Source: Owenia fusiformis
Lineage: Eukaryota
Length of the DNA: 64,000 nt
Assembly: GCA_903813345.2 (NCBI GenBank)
Contig: CAIIXF020000001.1
Location: 16,430,001-16,494,000 of the forward strand
Reading direction: 5' to 3'
Shown in pieces: positions 26,835 to 39,700 of this stretch (the stretch's first letter is position 1; each line of letters opens with the position of its first letter). The translations under genes and the position numbers were made by a program. Under the pieces are notes generated by a model. The model saw nothing but the letters and a program-made list of their open reading frames with translations. It was not told where the DNA came from and ran no database searches.

Positions 26835-27376
26835 TATATAGGCTCATATGCTGAGAAACTTAGGTCAAATCAACATTTTGCCAATTATCTTTGTCATTCA
26901 ATATTTCAGATTTCGGGATATATGCCAAGAAAGTAAGTCAACAGTAAGTGATAAGTTAGGGCAACATTTTGAAAATCAATGGTCGAGGTGAAGATCTAGG
27001 TGGATTCAATCTGGAGTCTTAAAATTGAACATGTTCAATAATTCAAAGTTATGATCAAATTACCGTATTTTAAAATCACTTAAAACGTTTTACATGGTAG
27101 AAACGTGCACTTTAAAATTCATTAGAGTCCCTTACGTAAAAAGGAAAAAATAAAAATTGAATATATTATATTTTTCATTTCAATTACCTGTGTTTTGATA
27201 TATAACATGGCACGTATCATGCTAAAACATTGTTCAAGAGTCTCCCAAACCATTTCTATTCTGGTATTCCGGTAAATGACATTAAAATGAAATGCCAAAG
27301 TGGCATTGTGACTGCGTTAACGCTAGAAAATACGTAAAAACTTGATACTTGAACAATCGATGATAACCCCACTTAA

Positions 27377-28097
27377 GGTAACTTATAACTTAATCAAAAA
27401 ATCCAAGATGGCCGAAACCGCAAGAAGCACATGGCATTTGAGTATAATCTGACCATCAAAATTAACTGTCTTTTGGTTGGATTTTCTCTCAATTTTTTAG
27501 TTCCACTTATCATTTATATAACCAGGCTCACTGTGGTAATGCAAATAGAAACAGTAAACATTTTGGAATGGGGATTTGAGTCCTCTGAAAATGTGACAGA
27601 AAAATTGACAAAAAGAGTAGCACGGCAAAGGTCCCTGAATATTTTTTTTCTAATTTCTCTGAAACATCCCTTTAATATAGCCCAAAATGGAAGGAGCTTT
27701 AGAATTTTGAAATATCTCATACAAATTAAAAAAAATAGAAAAAAACAATTTGAGAAGTGTACTTTTTTCCTTATTTTGATCCCAATTTTTTTTATCGGGT
27801 AATTTTTCAAATTTCCGTTGCTCCTTCGTTTTTGATATATGTTTGAAGTATATTTTCTGAAATGTTCAGATATTTTGAATCAGCGGTTTTTCACGGGCTA
27901 CTCCTAGAAAAAAATCTTCTCAAATTCTTTAAACGGCACTTTTTTTCTCAAACTAAAGTTTTTTGTTGTTCTTTGATGTCTTTGTAATGATTACAGTGCA
28001 CAAGCATATGTGAAATAATAAAAACGACTTCTCAGAAAGAGTTTGAAAATTTCAAGATTGTGAAATTTTCTGAAAATCGATTAAGTTAACATTCACC
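27377..28097. mobile_element. TTAA-type non-autonomous DNA transposon, distantly related to the 24616 MITE
   Basis: TTAA-GGTAACTTATAACTTAATC at the left end versus GATTAAGTTAACATTCACC-TTAG at the right. An internal block CCTCTGAAAATGTGAC is shared with about 24817. Confidence 0.5.
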
Positions 28098-28173
28098 TTA
28101 GTAACGTATTAATTAACCCATCTCATTTTTGTCAATATCACTTCAGTGTTACATACATAGTATATAGATGTAC

Positions 28174-28423
28174 CTGTTATCAAGCTGGCGACGATCAGGG
28201 GAAGAATGATCATCTTCAACATACGAATAAACAATTCCCCTGGCAATCCTATCCACATGATTACGCCATCAGTTGGATTCGCGGACCTCACTCCCAATCC
28301 AAGGAGAAAACCAATCACAATTCCACATAATGTCAATATAAGTAGCAAGTTTTGTTTTAATCCAGATCTCAACGATGCTTTGGTGCATAGGCATCCTGTA
28401 CTGCTGGTGTTTTTCGACTTCAT
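28174..28423 (-). CDS. Paralogous first coding exon of a second SLC1 transporter gene (remaining exons not found in the window)
   Basis: MKSKNTSSTGCLCTKASLRSGLKQNLLLILTLCGIVIGFLLGLGVRSANPTDGVIMWIGLPGELFIRMLKMIILPLIVASLITG ends at the same phase-1 GT donor as exon 1 of the 40684 gene. The protein is nearly identical, and many nucleotide differences are synonymous. Confidence 0.85.
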
Positions 28424-28535
28424 GTTCCTATGGTACTGTTCCTAAATCAATAGCGATATTTCAGCGATGTGAAATCTGTGTTTACAAAACAGTACATTAT
28501 AAGAAAAAAACATATAGGTAAGCTATTCTTACTTA

Positions 28536-28675
28536 TGCCTGGGTCACATATGCTCCGATCCATCGCCCGGCGCCCGGCCGATTGAGGGTTTTGTTCAATA
28601 TTGTATTCAATTTTGAACAAAATACTCAATCGGCCAGGCGCCGTAGTGAAAATTGGAGCAAATGTGACCAAGGCA
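28536..28675. mobile_element. 140-bp palindromic MITE upstream of the orphan SLC1 exon
   Basis: TGCCTGGGTCACATATGCTCCGAT...CGGCGCCCGGCCGATTGAG..TTTTGTTCAA pairs with TTGAACAAAA..CTCAATCGGCCAGGCGCCG...ATTGGAGCAAATGTGACCAAGGCA. Confidence 0.75.
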
Positions 28676-30778
28676 TTTACGAGGATAAGATCTCAACATA
28701 TAGTTCGTGAACTTTGTTAATTCATATCCCGGGATTTATATATATGTTGAGATATCCTGTACAGTCACGGTGCGATAGTCAACCTAGCTGAAAAAAGTGG
28801 TGACTATATTGTCCTTACTAGCCGATATATCGTTCAAGCTCGTTAAAATTTGACCGCATCGATCGCTCGACACAAGTATGTTTTCGGTTGACCTCCTTAA
28901 ATGCTGCTGCATGTTGAGACATTTTGGATGATGGGTGCAGGTTTGCCGAAAGCGCAATGGTGGCCACTGGGGCATGCTGTAACATTGGGACTATCAATCT
29001 GATTGTCATGAAATGTAGGAAATTGAATGATATACAATTACAAATGTGTAAAATATCAGGGATATTAAGAATGACAAAGATATGAGTAAAATGGTGTAAG
29101 CGTTTCCAGTTTTACCACCCTGTATATTAATTGAGTAATAAATATAGCATACCTATTTTTGCGGAATAAAAGAACTTGCACAGTTCATCTATTAAGTTAT
29201 GGACAATACAAAAAATAATTAGTTAAAGGTCATTATTGAGTACCTGTATCAACATTTTGCCATCACAAGGCATTCGCTACGCCTCATCGGAAATGTTCTG
29301 GATGATATCCAGCCAAATCGAACACCTTTATGTTGAGGTGATCTGATATTCTCTCAAGGCCTGGTTGTATTTGTAGACATATCATTTTTACTGGTAGTTT
29401 TCCCGTTCTTTGTTTTTCAGGTAATACTGCTGCCTACGGTGTACGAATAATTTTCTGTTTTGGATTCAGCCGATGGAATCCTCGTTTGCTCTTTGGTGAT
29501 CTTGCTCCCATTCTAAGTCACTGCACTTGAATGGTTTATCCCATATGTTTTTCCCATTATGCGTCCTTTTTGTGCAATTAAGAAATGTAAAATGCATGTA
29601 AAACGGAGGTCCTAAATTCTAAACATAATTTAAAATTTCCTTAAATGAAAAACGATCCAGATAGGATCCAAGTAAAGTGCCTTCTTGGAGTGTTCGAATT
29701 TGACAATTTTTGGGCCAAAAATTAAAAATCACTTGAAAAGTGCACAAAATGGAATGGTGAAAAACTGCAAGATTTCCCAGAAAGTTATGCCCAGATTCTG
29801 GGCCTGTCTCATGTCTTTCTCTAATCTTTGAAATATTTAATATGCAAATCATTAGAACTGCAAACATAGTAAGCAAAAACAAGTTCATTGGTTCAGGTGA
29901 ATCTAGTTCAAGTTGAAAGATTTATTGAAAAAGATCTTACCTCTGATGTTTAAAACATTTAAAATGCAAATTATAGAGCTTCTTTAATATCATTTAACAG
30001 CTCAATCACATTTCACATTTCTCAGTAACAATTTGAGTATAATTTTGAGTAATTGTACATCTTTTCCCGACAACCAACAGTCAACTGGATTTTGTACCAC
30101 AATGATTCTTATACCTTTGGCTTAAGCTAATTGGTGGAACTACCTCTCGGGAAATCATCGGGGAGTGTGCAATGACCTGCATTCTTCAGTTCTTGTCAGG
30201 TTTAAAGGGAGAATCTCGCCTAGATTTCTCCCTCAAACAATCAGTGATGTACCATTATAATTGTGCATATATTTTACATACCCAAGATATATCTCGAGAA
30301 CGAATTGAGGGCACAGTATCACAGATACATTGAAAAAATCAACAGAACAACCAACTGTCGGTTAAAACATAATTAGTCAAAAGCATCATACAACCATTTT
30401 AACAATATTATGAAACCTTTGAAAGAAAGAAATATTATAACTACATTTTGTAAGTGTTATGGGGACAATCAATAACAATCAATGTGTTGTGATTCAAAAA
30501 TGAAAAAAATCATTTCGACTTTATTACTAGCCAGTAGAAAAGTAATATCTGTGAACAACCATCAAATTGATCATGTAACGATTTAGTTGAAGCCTCAAAG
30601 TTGGTAAGTTGATAACTTCTTATAATCTTTCCGAGCCAAAACATCAGGGGGTTACTCTGATATTGTGCTTTTATCAAACATTGCACCTTTATACTTTAAG
30701 ATACAAAAACTGAAAACGTTTTTTTATTTTCATGAACTGTCATTATAATCTTTTTAAGTAATCACTGGATCCACTCAT

Positions 30779-33700
30779 CTATATTGGCATCGTGTTAGTG
30801 TCGCATCGAGCGCCCTTTTCAGGATCGTTGTTTCGAGTATCATCAGAACAGTTAGTGTTATCAAGGTCGTTCCGGCAAATTGCATCTACAAGGGCACATC
30901 CTGTAGCGTGACTGAGAACATTAGTAACCGTCCTTAGACGATCACTAAAAAGAAAGGAAAAAAATGATCGATGACACACTTTATTATGAATTACTATTAC
31001 ATTTATATTATTTCATTTTACTTGTATACTATGTTATATAATATATATCTATAAATGGTATGAGTGATTAGTGTTTGTTTACTTTGCACGTATTTTTCGA
31101 ATTATACATAGGGGACAAACAACTTATTGATGCTTCCGCCGAGTGGGAAGACAAAAATTGGCATTTTAAAAACAAGAATATAGTCCAATTATTGTAATTA
31201 TATTAGCATCACCAGTGGTTGGATTTTGGTAAGTACATGAATGAAAAAGTATATGTATGGACCAACTCTAACACATGATTTGATGTGATGGAGGTGCATT
31301 TTCTTTAATAAATTTGACCTTTTTGACCTGCCTCCATCTGTCAAAATCAGAGTGACAATTTTTGACATTTTCTATAGATGGCGTATTCAACAGGTGAGAT
31401 CTTTTGATTTTCATGGGGAGTTTTGGTTCAAACTTTTTTGACTGACAGAGGACATACTGGAGTAGGATGGCATGATAGCAAAACATGTCCACAAATCTTC
31501 ATTTTCTCTGAAAGACATTTTTTTTATTTAGATGGGAATACGCATGGTATAGCATTTGGTTGTGTTAGCCCACAGCTTTAACAGAGGCTACTATTTGGGA
31601 CTAGGTATGTGCATGGGCTTTCAATTATTCTAGTTGAAAGCCCATGCCATGGTATGTGCTACTTAATAAGTGTTTCGTCTTATTCTCCATTATTGCATTC
31701 GAAAACTTACTTGAGCCATTCCAGTGTGAGGATAAGTGCTAAAGAGTCACCCAGGGGCATATTTAGAGCGCTGCCTAGCAAAACCACTATTACTAGACTT
31801 GCACTTGGAACCATCGCAACACCAAACGACGATACAAAGCAAAGACATCTAGAGTACATAACATAAACTAGGAGTAATAAGAAAAGTTTAAAAAGTAGAG
31901 CATTAAAATTCAACACGTTTGAAATTAGAGTTGAATTATTTTATTTCCGGTTGATATAACGTCTTAGCGTTAGTGAAATCGAACGCGATTTCAACTGATT
32001 GGATAACATGATGTGATCATGAGTAGGTTATGTGAGTGGATGCACGATGGGATCGTGTTATTCTGCGAGTAGCAACCGAAGCGTTTATACACAGTTTTAG
32101 TTAATGTTGTAAGTTGTCATACAACCGATTCGAAAATTTAGTTTTATTGTTCGAGGAGGCATACCTTTTTCCCTTTCGAAAGTCACAAAGATTTTGATCT
32201 GGGTTTTAACGGTGTCAGGTCGATAAACTAAAGTTTTTCATATTGAAGTCAACGAACACTTTCTTTAGTGCTATTGACCAAATCAACGTTTTTGAATGAA
32301 GTATACGTGTTCCGACGTTGATGTAACCTGTTCCCAATAATTACTATTTTGGGAAGTATATTTTTCTGCAATTATTACAAAGCATTGCATAGCATAGGAT
32401 GTTAATTAAGTTAATTAAAACATTTAGATATTAGGTTTCTAAGAAGCAATTATGTAATGTGCATATCTTTAAATCTGAAACTCAAGGCATGGCTTTTTAC
32501 TGACAGCGCATTGAATCTAAGTGAATAAATATGTATTTAAGTGCGTTTCTGTCATATTGTTTCAAGGAAGGCACAAAGTTTTGCTTTTAATATCTATTTC
32601 CAGAAGGGCATCAATTTTGGTAATTTAGTTGATACTTGTGTTTCTTTACAACATTTACAGTAGTTGTGTTATATCATTAAGAGAAGTGCTTGTCAACTAT
32701 TTGCATTTTATATTAAACAGATAGTATTTAGATTTACAACGTTTCGAAGAATTGTTCTTTTGCTTTTGTTGCAATACGAGATAAGTTTGTATTAAGGTTT
32801 GCAAAGCATGGTGCTTTCCAGATATTATATTGTTCATCACAATAGTTTTAGAAGATCGTATGATTTTTGTAGTCCGGTCGTGTATTCTTGTGATAATCAC
32901 GGAATTTTTGTATTTTGTGACCAACAATGTCGCATATTACGACAGTTAACTTTCTGAGTTACGTGTTTTGCCAAAAGGCAATGTTATGGTTACAGTGCAA
33001 GTCTGTAGACAGTGATTTAGATTATTGTTATGTATTAATGACAGTGCGTGATTACTGTATTAGATAGTGAGGCATGTTACTCACAGATTTTGCATAGTGC
33101 TAGAAGGCACTATATACATGTATGGTCCTTATACAAGTTTTTTTATATTGCAAGTTGACAGATAGTCACAATTTAGAATTGGTTTATTCCGAAATTTGTG
33201 AATTAATTTGAGATCTTGGACGTGTTAACAAACGTGTAGCCACAATGGTTTTAATGACAGTTGATCATTAGATATGGATGGGTTGTTGGATTTAGATGTT
33301 TTAATTAGGCACACGGTGCCTTATTGATGCCTTGAAGGCAGTTAAACATCGTAAATCAGCAGCGAGGTTGGGAGCCGAGGACGGATGTTGGGTATATTTG
33401 AACCTAAGAGGTTTCTGGCATTAATGCCATCGGCATCGTGGCCGCTATGACATTGGCATCGTGGCCGTCATAGGTACCTGGATGCATCGCGGTCTTTCTT
33501 TTTTTCACTCATTCTTTGTATCAGATGTACTTAAAGATATGCTATACAGATATGTAGGTCAGTATTACATAATCGTGAAATGAATAAGTCTGAATATATC
33601 ATTGGTCAGAAAACACTAAAACCTGCTTGAAACTGTAAAAGTTTATACACTCTATTCCACACTGTATAGAAATAAAATAACTCACACTATAAGTAACTGT

Positions 33701-36700
33701 GAGCCAATCATTGCATAGAAAAAACTTTATGCACTGTTTATAAGATTCACTGAGACAAGTGGGTCAATACTTCGTGTACTTTATGTGCTCTCACACAATT
33801 ACCTTCCCTTGCATAAAGTTGCTGTACAGTTATATGTAACTGAATATTGTATATTCATCACAAACAACATTAGCAAAATGATGGTTCGACGAAATGGACG
33901 GTTCGCTAAAACCAATAAACCAGGCAATTCAGGCCAATTTGGAAAGAAACTAGATAGCGTGATAGCGAATGAGGATAGTAAGTGAAATATATTTTGCAAA
34001 GGTCAGCTTGTAAACTACTGGGTAACCCTAAATGATGAGAAATATGTACAAAATATGTTTTGCATGATTTATTCATATCCCAATGATTTAACTCCTTCAC
34101 TGCAAGGTATATATATACTAATTACGGGACATTTAGGAATTAAGTGACTAGACCAAAGCAAGCATGTTTGAGATTTTAATGATTTTAAATAAATTACCAC
34201 TTCATTATTTGCTTTTAGACATTCAATCAGTTTTATTTGTCCAACAAACCATATTCACAATTGTTCAATCCAACGAAGATTAGGGGATACGCTAAAGAGA
34301 CCCCTCCATTTGTCCGTCCATCCATCCTTCAACTAGACAACAGCAACACCAAAGTGTAGCAAATCCCATCGAACAGCCATGACTGGCAGTTTTTTTTACA
34401 AACAAAGTATACAGCAAAAATGGCAGCCATTTTTCAAAATGGCCACCTTCTACCAAAAGTGTCATTAGACAGTGTGCCAAGCTTATAGTATTCACGCATC
34501 AAATATGAACAAAATCGCTCTACTATTTTTTGAGTTATAGTAAAATACGTTAAAATGACGGCCATTTTTCAAAATGGCTGCCTTCTACCAAAAGTGTCAT
34601 TAGACAGTGTGCCATGCTTATAGTATTCACATACCAAATATGAACAAAATCGCTCCACTACTTTTCGTGTTATAGTAAAATACGTTAAAATGGCCGCCTT
34701 CTACCAGAAGAGTCATTAGACAGTGTGCCATGCTTATAATATTCATATACCAAATATGAACAAAATCGCTCGACTACTTTTCGAGTTACAGCAAAAATCG
34801 TAAAATAACGAGTAAAGGCCGCCATAGTTCAATTCTTTGAAGCAAATGATTCTAAAAGTACAACATATCTTTGAAAAAATATCATTTTGTTAAGTGAAAT
34901 TGTAAAAAATATTTTGCAATGTGTGAAATTGAATTAAAGCACATGATTCAATGAATAGTGGATGCTTCAATTCACTTATGTCTTCTAGTCTAGGCTTTGA
35001 ATTCGGACCACCCTCGTTCACAGTCTAGAATCAGGAAATATGTTAAATTTAATCATCTACAATCAATCTATTTTTACAGGTTTTTATGATTATTTCAGAT
35101 TTTTCTATAGTTTGCGTAACCAGGACGGTGAATTTTCTTCATTTTTCATCAAACATTTCGTCTTACCAATATTTATTATATCTGTCAATTTTATCAAAAT
35201 CGCGCCGCTACGTTTGAAAATAATTCAAATTATGTAGTTTTCCCATTGAGCTCCATTATAAAAATGGAATTTTCAAACTTAATATTTTAAAATTCTACGT
35301 GGTGAAAAGTTGCATATTGAGTAGTTAGTTAATGTTATGGTGTTAAAAATTCAAAACAAAAAGGAATAAAGAAAAAATGCCACAGAGAAGTCTCAATAGA
35401 GTATCTTTAATGCTATTCCAATAAACGCGGGCTGCTGGCTCGAATTTAATCCTATAATATATGTGATATTATGTTGTGTGGTTTGTGGTGAAGACTGTTT
35501 GATTAGGAAATAATGTGCAATTTTGTGGAAAAATCACCTACTTAGCTTTCATTGTTCATTTTACCCTCATTCAAATCAAGATCGGCCAATATTTCAATTA
35601 TTCTCAGTCGTACATGGTTATTGTATATGGTACCAGAATGATTAGTTCTCATATACAAGCTTTCCTATTAATTACAACACTTACTTACCCTAGCACTATT
35701 ATTTGAGTTGCTGTGAATGTAATCCCAATACTCTGTGATACAAACAGCACGGACACACATATAAATATTACAGAGCCATCTTTATTAGTGTTGATGCTGA
35801 GTGGAAGCACAAACTTGCTAACCCGAACGTCTATCCCAACCCCTGCCGTGTTGAGAAATAGATAAGGTAGAGCCGCCATGCTTAAATATAAATGAACAAC
35901 ATTTTAATAACTTTAATTTCAATCACAAAGATTCGAAAGTCTTGACGAGCTATTTTTTAACTTACTTCTGATTAATATAATTAATCAAATATAGCTGATA
36001 GAGATCATATCTGGTTCCCTACCTGGATGCAGGAACACAACCTGCCAAGACCGAAGGGAAAACTGCAAACATGAACATGAACGGGTTCTTACGGCAAGCT
36101 ATGAAGTATATTCCCGGGAGAACGATGAAGCTGTGGATGCAGAGACCAATGGTGGCGGTCAGGGAGAAATATCCAAGGGATCGGAATGCTGAATAAAGAT
36201 CTGTTATCTTTAATACAGCATAGGCAACTAGACTACCAAGCCCTATGGGAGAGTACCTACATATTAAATCAATGAAACAATGAAACAATGAAATGTAGAA
36301 TAATGCAGAATACATGAAGAACTGAATACATAAATAAAACTTGTAATTAATGTTGTAAGATCACACGTTTTATTGGATTAATGCGAGTAACATCCGAAAC
36401 CTACCATATAATTGCAGTCATCATTTTAAAGACGATGTCATTTACTCCACTGAAGAAGTTTAACACAGGCTTGGCGGAATCCCCCGTTGCACTTGCGGCA
36501 ATTCCAAATACTATACTGAATATGATGATACCTAAATGATAAAAGATCACGTGATTTATCATCCGGAATAATATGGCCGAATCGCCTTTAATCGCAGATT
36601 GAACCAACTCACTTGATAAGTGTCAACTGTAAGGAAAAGTGAAAATATTTTCGAAATCCATCGTTTGTTCGTGTTACAAATGCAGCGTGGCCGACAATAT

Positions 36701-39700
36701 TAAACGGTATTTTGACTCCATTGATTAATAACATACAGGGTGTCCAATAAATAAGGTGAAAGATATTGTAACTTTCTTAATATTGCACCAATCTTGATGA
36801 AATTTTCAGAGTTGGTAGCCCAAACCTTTTTACCTTTATTCTGTGAATTTAAAGCGTCTTCTATTTGATTGGCCAGAGTTGTGGTTGCTATAGCAACCGA
36901 AACAACAAAAAGGCGGGGCAAGTTTGTTTACGTCACAACTTTCCAAAACATATTTATTCTTTCTGATAGCTTTATTCATACTCCCAGGTCTATTACTATC
37001 ACAAGTACAATATAAAAACAGTCCTAAAGTCCAATTATTATGAAAATAAGCTATTCAACATAATGTCCATCTCTAGCTATACACTTCTTATGCCTATTCA
37101 CCCACTCTCTAAACACACCTTCAAACCCATTCTTGCCCATTTCCTAAAGTCCTGCTGAGACATGTGATCTGAGTTCATCAGTGCTTCCAAATTTATTTCA
37201 CGCTTGAGGTCTGCATATAAGTAAAAGTCATTGGGTGCAAGGTCTGGGGAAAATGGAGGGTGTGCAAGTAGGGGTAGCCCCAGTGCCCTAATAGTTTCAC
37301 TAGTGAGCATAGCTGTGTGTGAACTCAGATCACATGTCTCAGCAAGACTTCAGGAAATGGGTAAGAATGAGTTTGAAAGTGTGTTTAGAGAGTGGGTGGA
37401 TAGGCATAAGAAGTGTAAAGCTAGAGATGGACATTATGTTGAATAGCTTATTTTTATAACAATGGGAGTTTAAGACTGTTTTTATATTGTATTTGTGATA
37501 GTAATAGACCTGGGAGTATGAATAAAGCTATCAGAAAGAATAAATATATTTTGGAAAGTTGTGACGTAAATAAACTTGCCCCGCCTTTTTGTTGTTTCGG
37601 TTGCTATAGCAACAACAACTCTGGCCAATCAAATAGAAGACGCTTTAAATTCACAGAATAAAGGTAAATAGGTTTGGGCTACAAACTCTGAAAATTTCAT
37701 CAAGATTGGTGCAATATTAATAAAGTTACAATATCTTTCACCTTATTTATTGGACACCCTGTACATTGGCATTAGTATACATTATATTGGCTCATGATAT
37801 TCACCCAATGCATTCATTCCATCCCGATAATCTCTCTCCTTTACGATCTCAGTTATGTTCAACGCACTGTTTATGATCACTTCTTTTCTCGACGTATGGA
37901 TCTGAAAGTATTACAATTTTACAATGACTGATAATGATCATTATGACAGATCCCACTTAGAAAAGTGAATTAATCAACAACATGTATCTGATTAGATTTA
38001 ACATGTGTCTGATTAGATTTAATATTTTCCCATCGATCATGACACCACCAAAAAGCTGGTTAAATGACCAAACAGGCAAAACGTTTTTGACATGTTATAG
38101 ATGACATGACATGACTTTAAATAACTTATGACAAAAGAGATTTAGTTTTCCTATTTTAATATAGACGTTATAAATATTCTATCATGACACATTGAAAATC
38201 TTCATTATAGATTATACTTACAGACTCCATGCATGCCTGAACTATATTCTCGGGTACCATATTTCTGAGTAAATCCGCAAATAAATCGGAGTAACTTATA
38301 ATTGGCTCGCCAGTGTTGTAACCTGGTGGCGCATTTTGGTTGAATTTCTCCCCTGGTCGCATTACAAGTCCAAGAACAATTCCAATGATAATACCTATTG
38401 CTTGTGTTAAGCATATATAGCCAATAGTAACACCGCCAATCTTACCATTAGAACGGGGGTCCAGCGAGGAAACACCTAAAACATACATGTACCAAAGTAC
38501 GTATAGGCATAGGCGGTATGAAAATATATCTACAGCGTTGAGATGGGATCCCTTCCCAACCCAGCTATAATTGTCTACAAACACCAACCAATAAACCTTT
38601 TCTGAGTTTCTAGTAAAAACCACCATGAAGAGAAACAACGTATTCGAACACAGATCTAGAAATATTACAACTGAAGACGCATGCGCAGCATCAGCGCATA
38701 CACTAACAGATCGATTCTTTTCTAATGACCTCAACATTCACCCAGAATGCCCAAAAACTAATCAGTTCTAAATGTTTGTACTTAAAAACATCCCTGAAAA
38801 TTTTAGATTAACCCGTGAGACGGTCTGGCTGGAAACCTGTAGACAAGCCTCGAGAGACAAGATATTAGGACGAAACTCCTAAATTCAGCCGCCTTAAGAT
38901 TTACGCAGAATGTCCATAAAACAAATAGCTCTAAGCCTTCACACATAACATCCCTGGAAATTTCAGATGGATCCCTCAGGTGGAAACGTATCGAAACATT
39001 GATATCATAGATTGAGTTGGCTTGATCGAGAAGAGGCGACTTGCTGGACCAGGCCCAGACCCAGACACAAGAAACGGAGACTAAATATTACACAAGCTTC
39101 AAAAACACGGATGGACGAGTAAGGATACTTATATTGAACTATTATTTAAGTTGCAAAGAATTTAAAGATCTGGTGAAAATTAAATTGAAACTTCGAAATC
39201 GACATCAACACAGGAGGGATCAAACAGCACTCTCCGGTAAAATCCAACGATCTGGTAAAAATCGCACTCTCGGCTGACGAGATCTCGGTCACCCTTAGCT
39301 GACGTAACCTTATCTCAAGTTTCTTCAAAAACTGGGACAAACTTGAGATGTCAATTTGTGTGCAATCCACGAACAACCGCGGCATTATGTAAGTATTCTA
39401 AAAGACGCAGATGATGTGAACACACATTTAGCAAGCTGAATATACTATCAAGAATAAGCTAGATCGATGGACTTACGAGATAGAGCCTTCGTTTGGAAAT
39501 GATTTGCCAAACTACACGATTTTTTACCCGATCGTGCGGATTTTACCGGAGAGTGCGGTTTTGTCCCTACCTGTGGCCAAGCAAAATCAAAACCACGTTT
39601 TAACAAGGGCAAATCCCCTCGAATAACTAATCTTATTTAGCACCTTTATCTTGCTTCAAACAACACCTGCTGCCTTTGTCAAGATGCCCAATTCAAGGTT

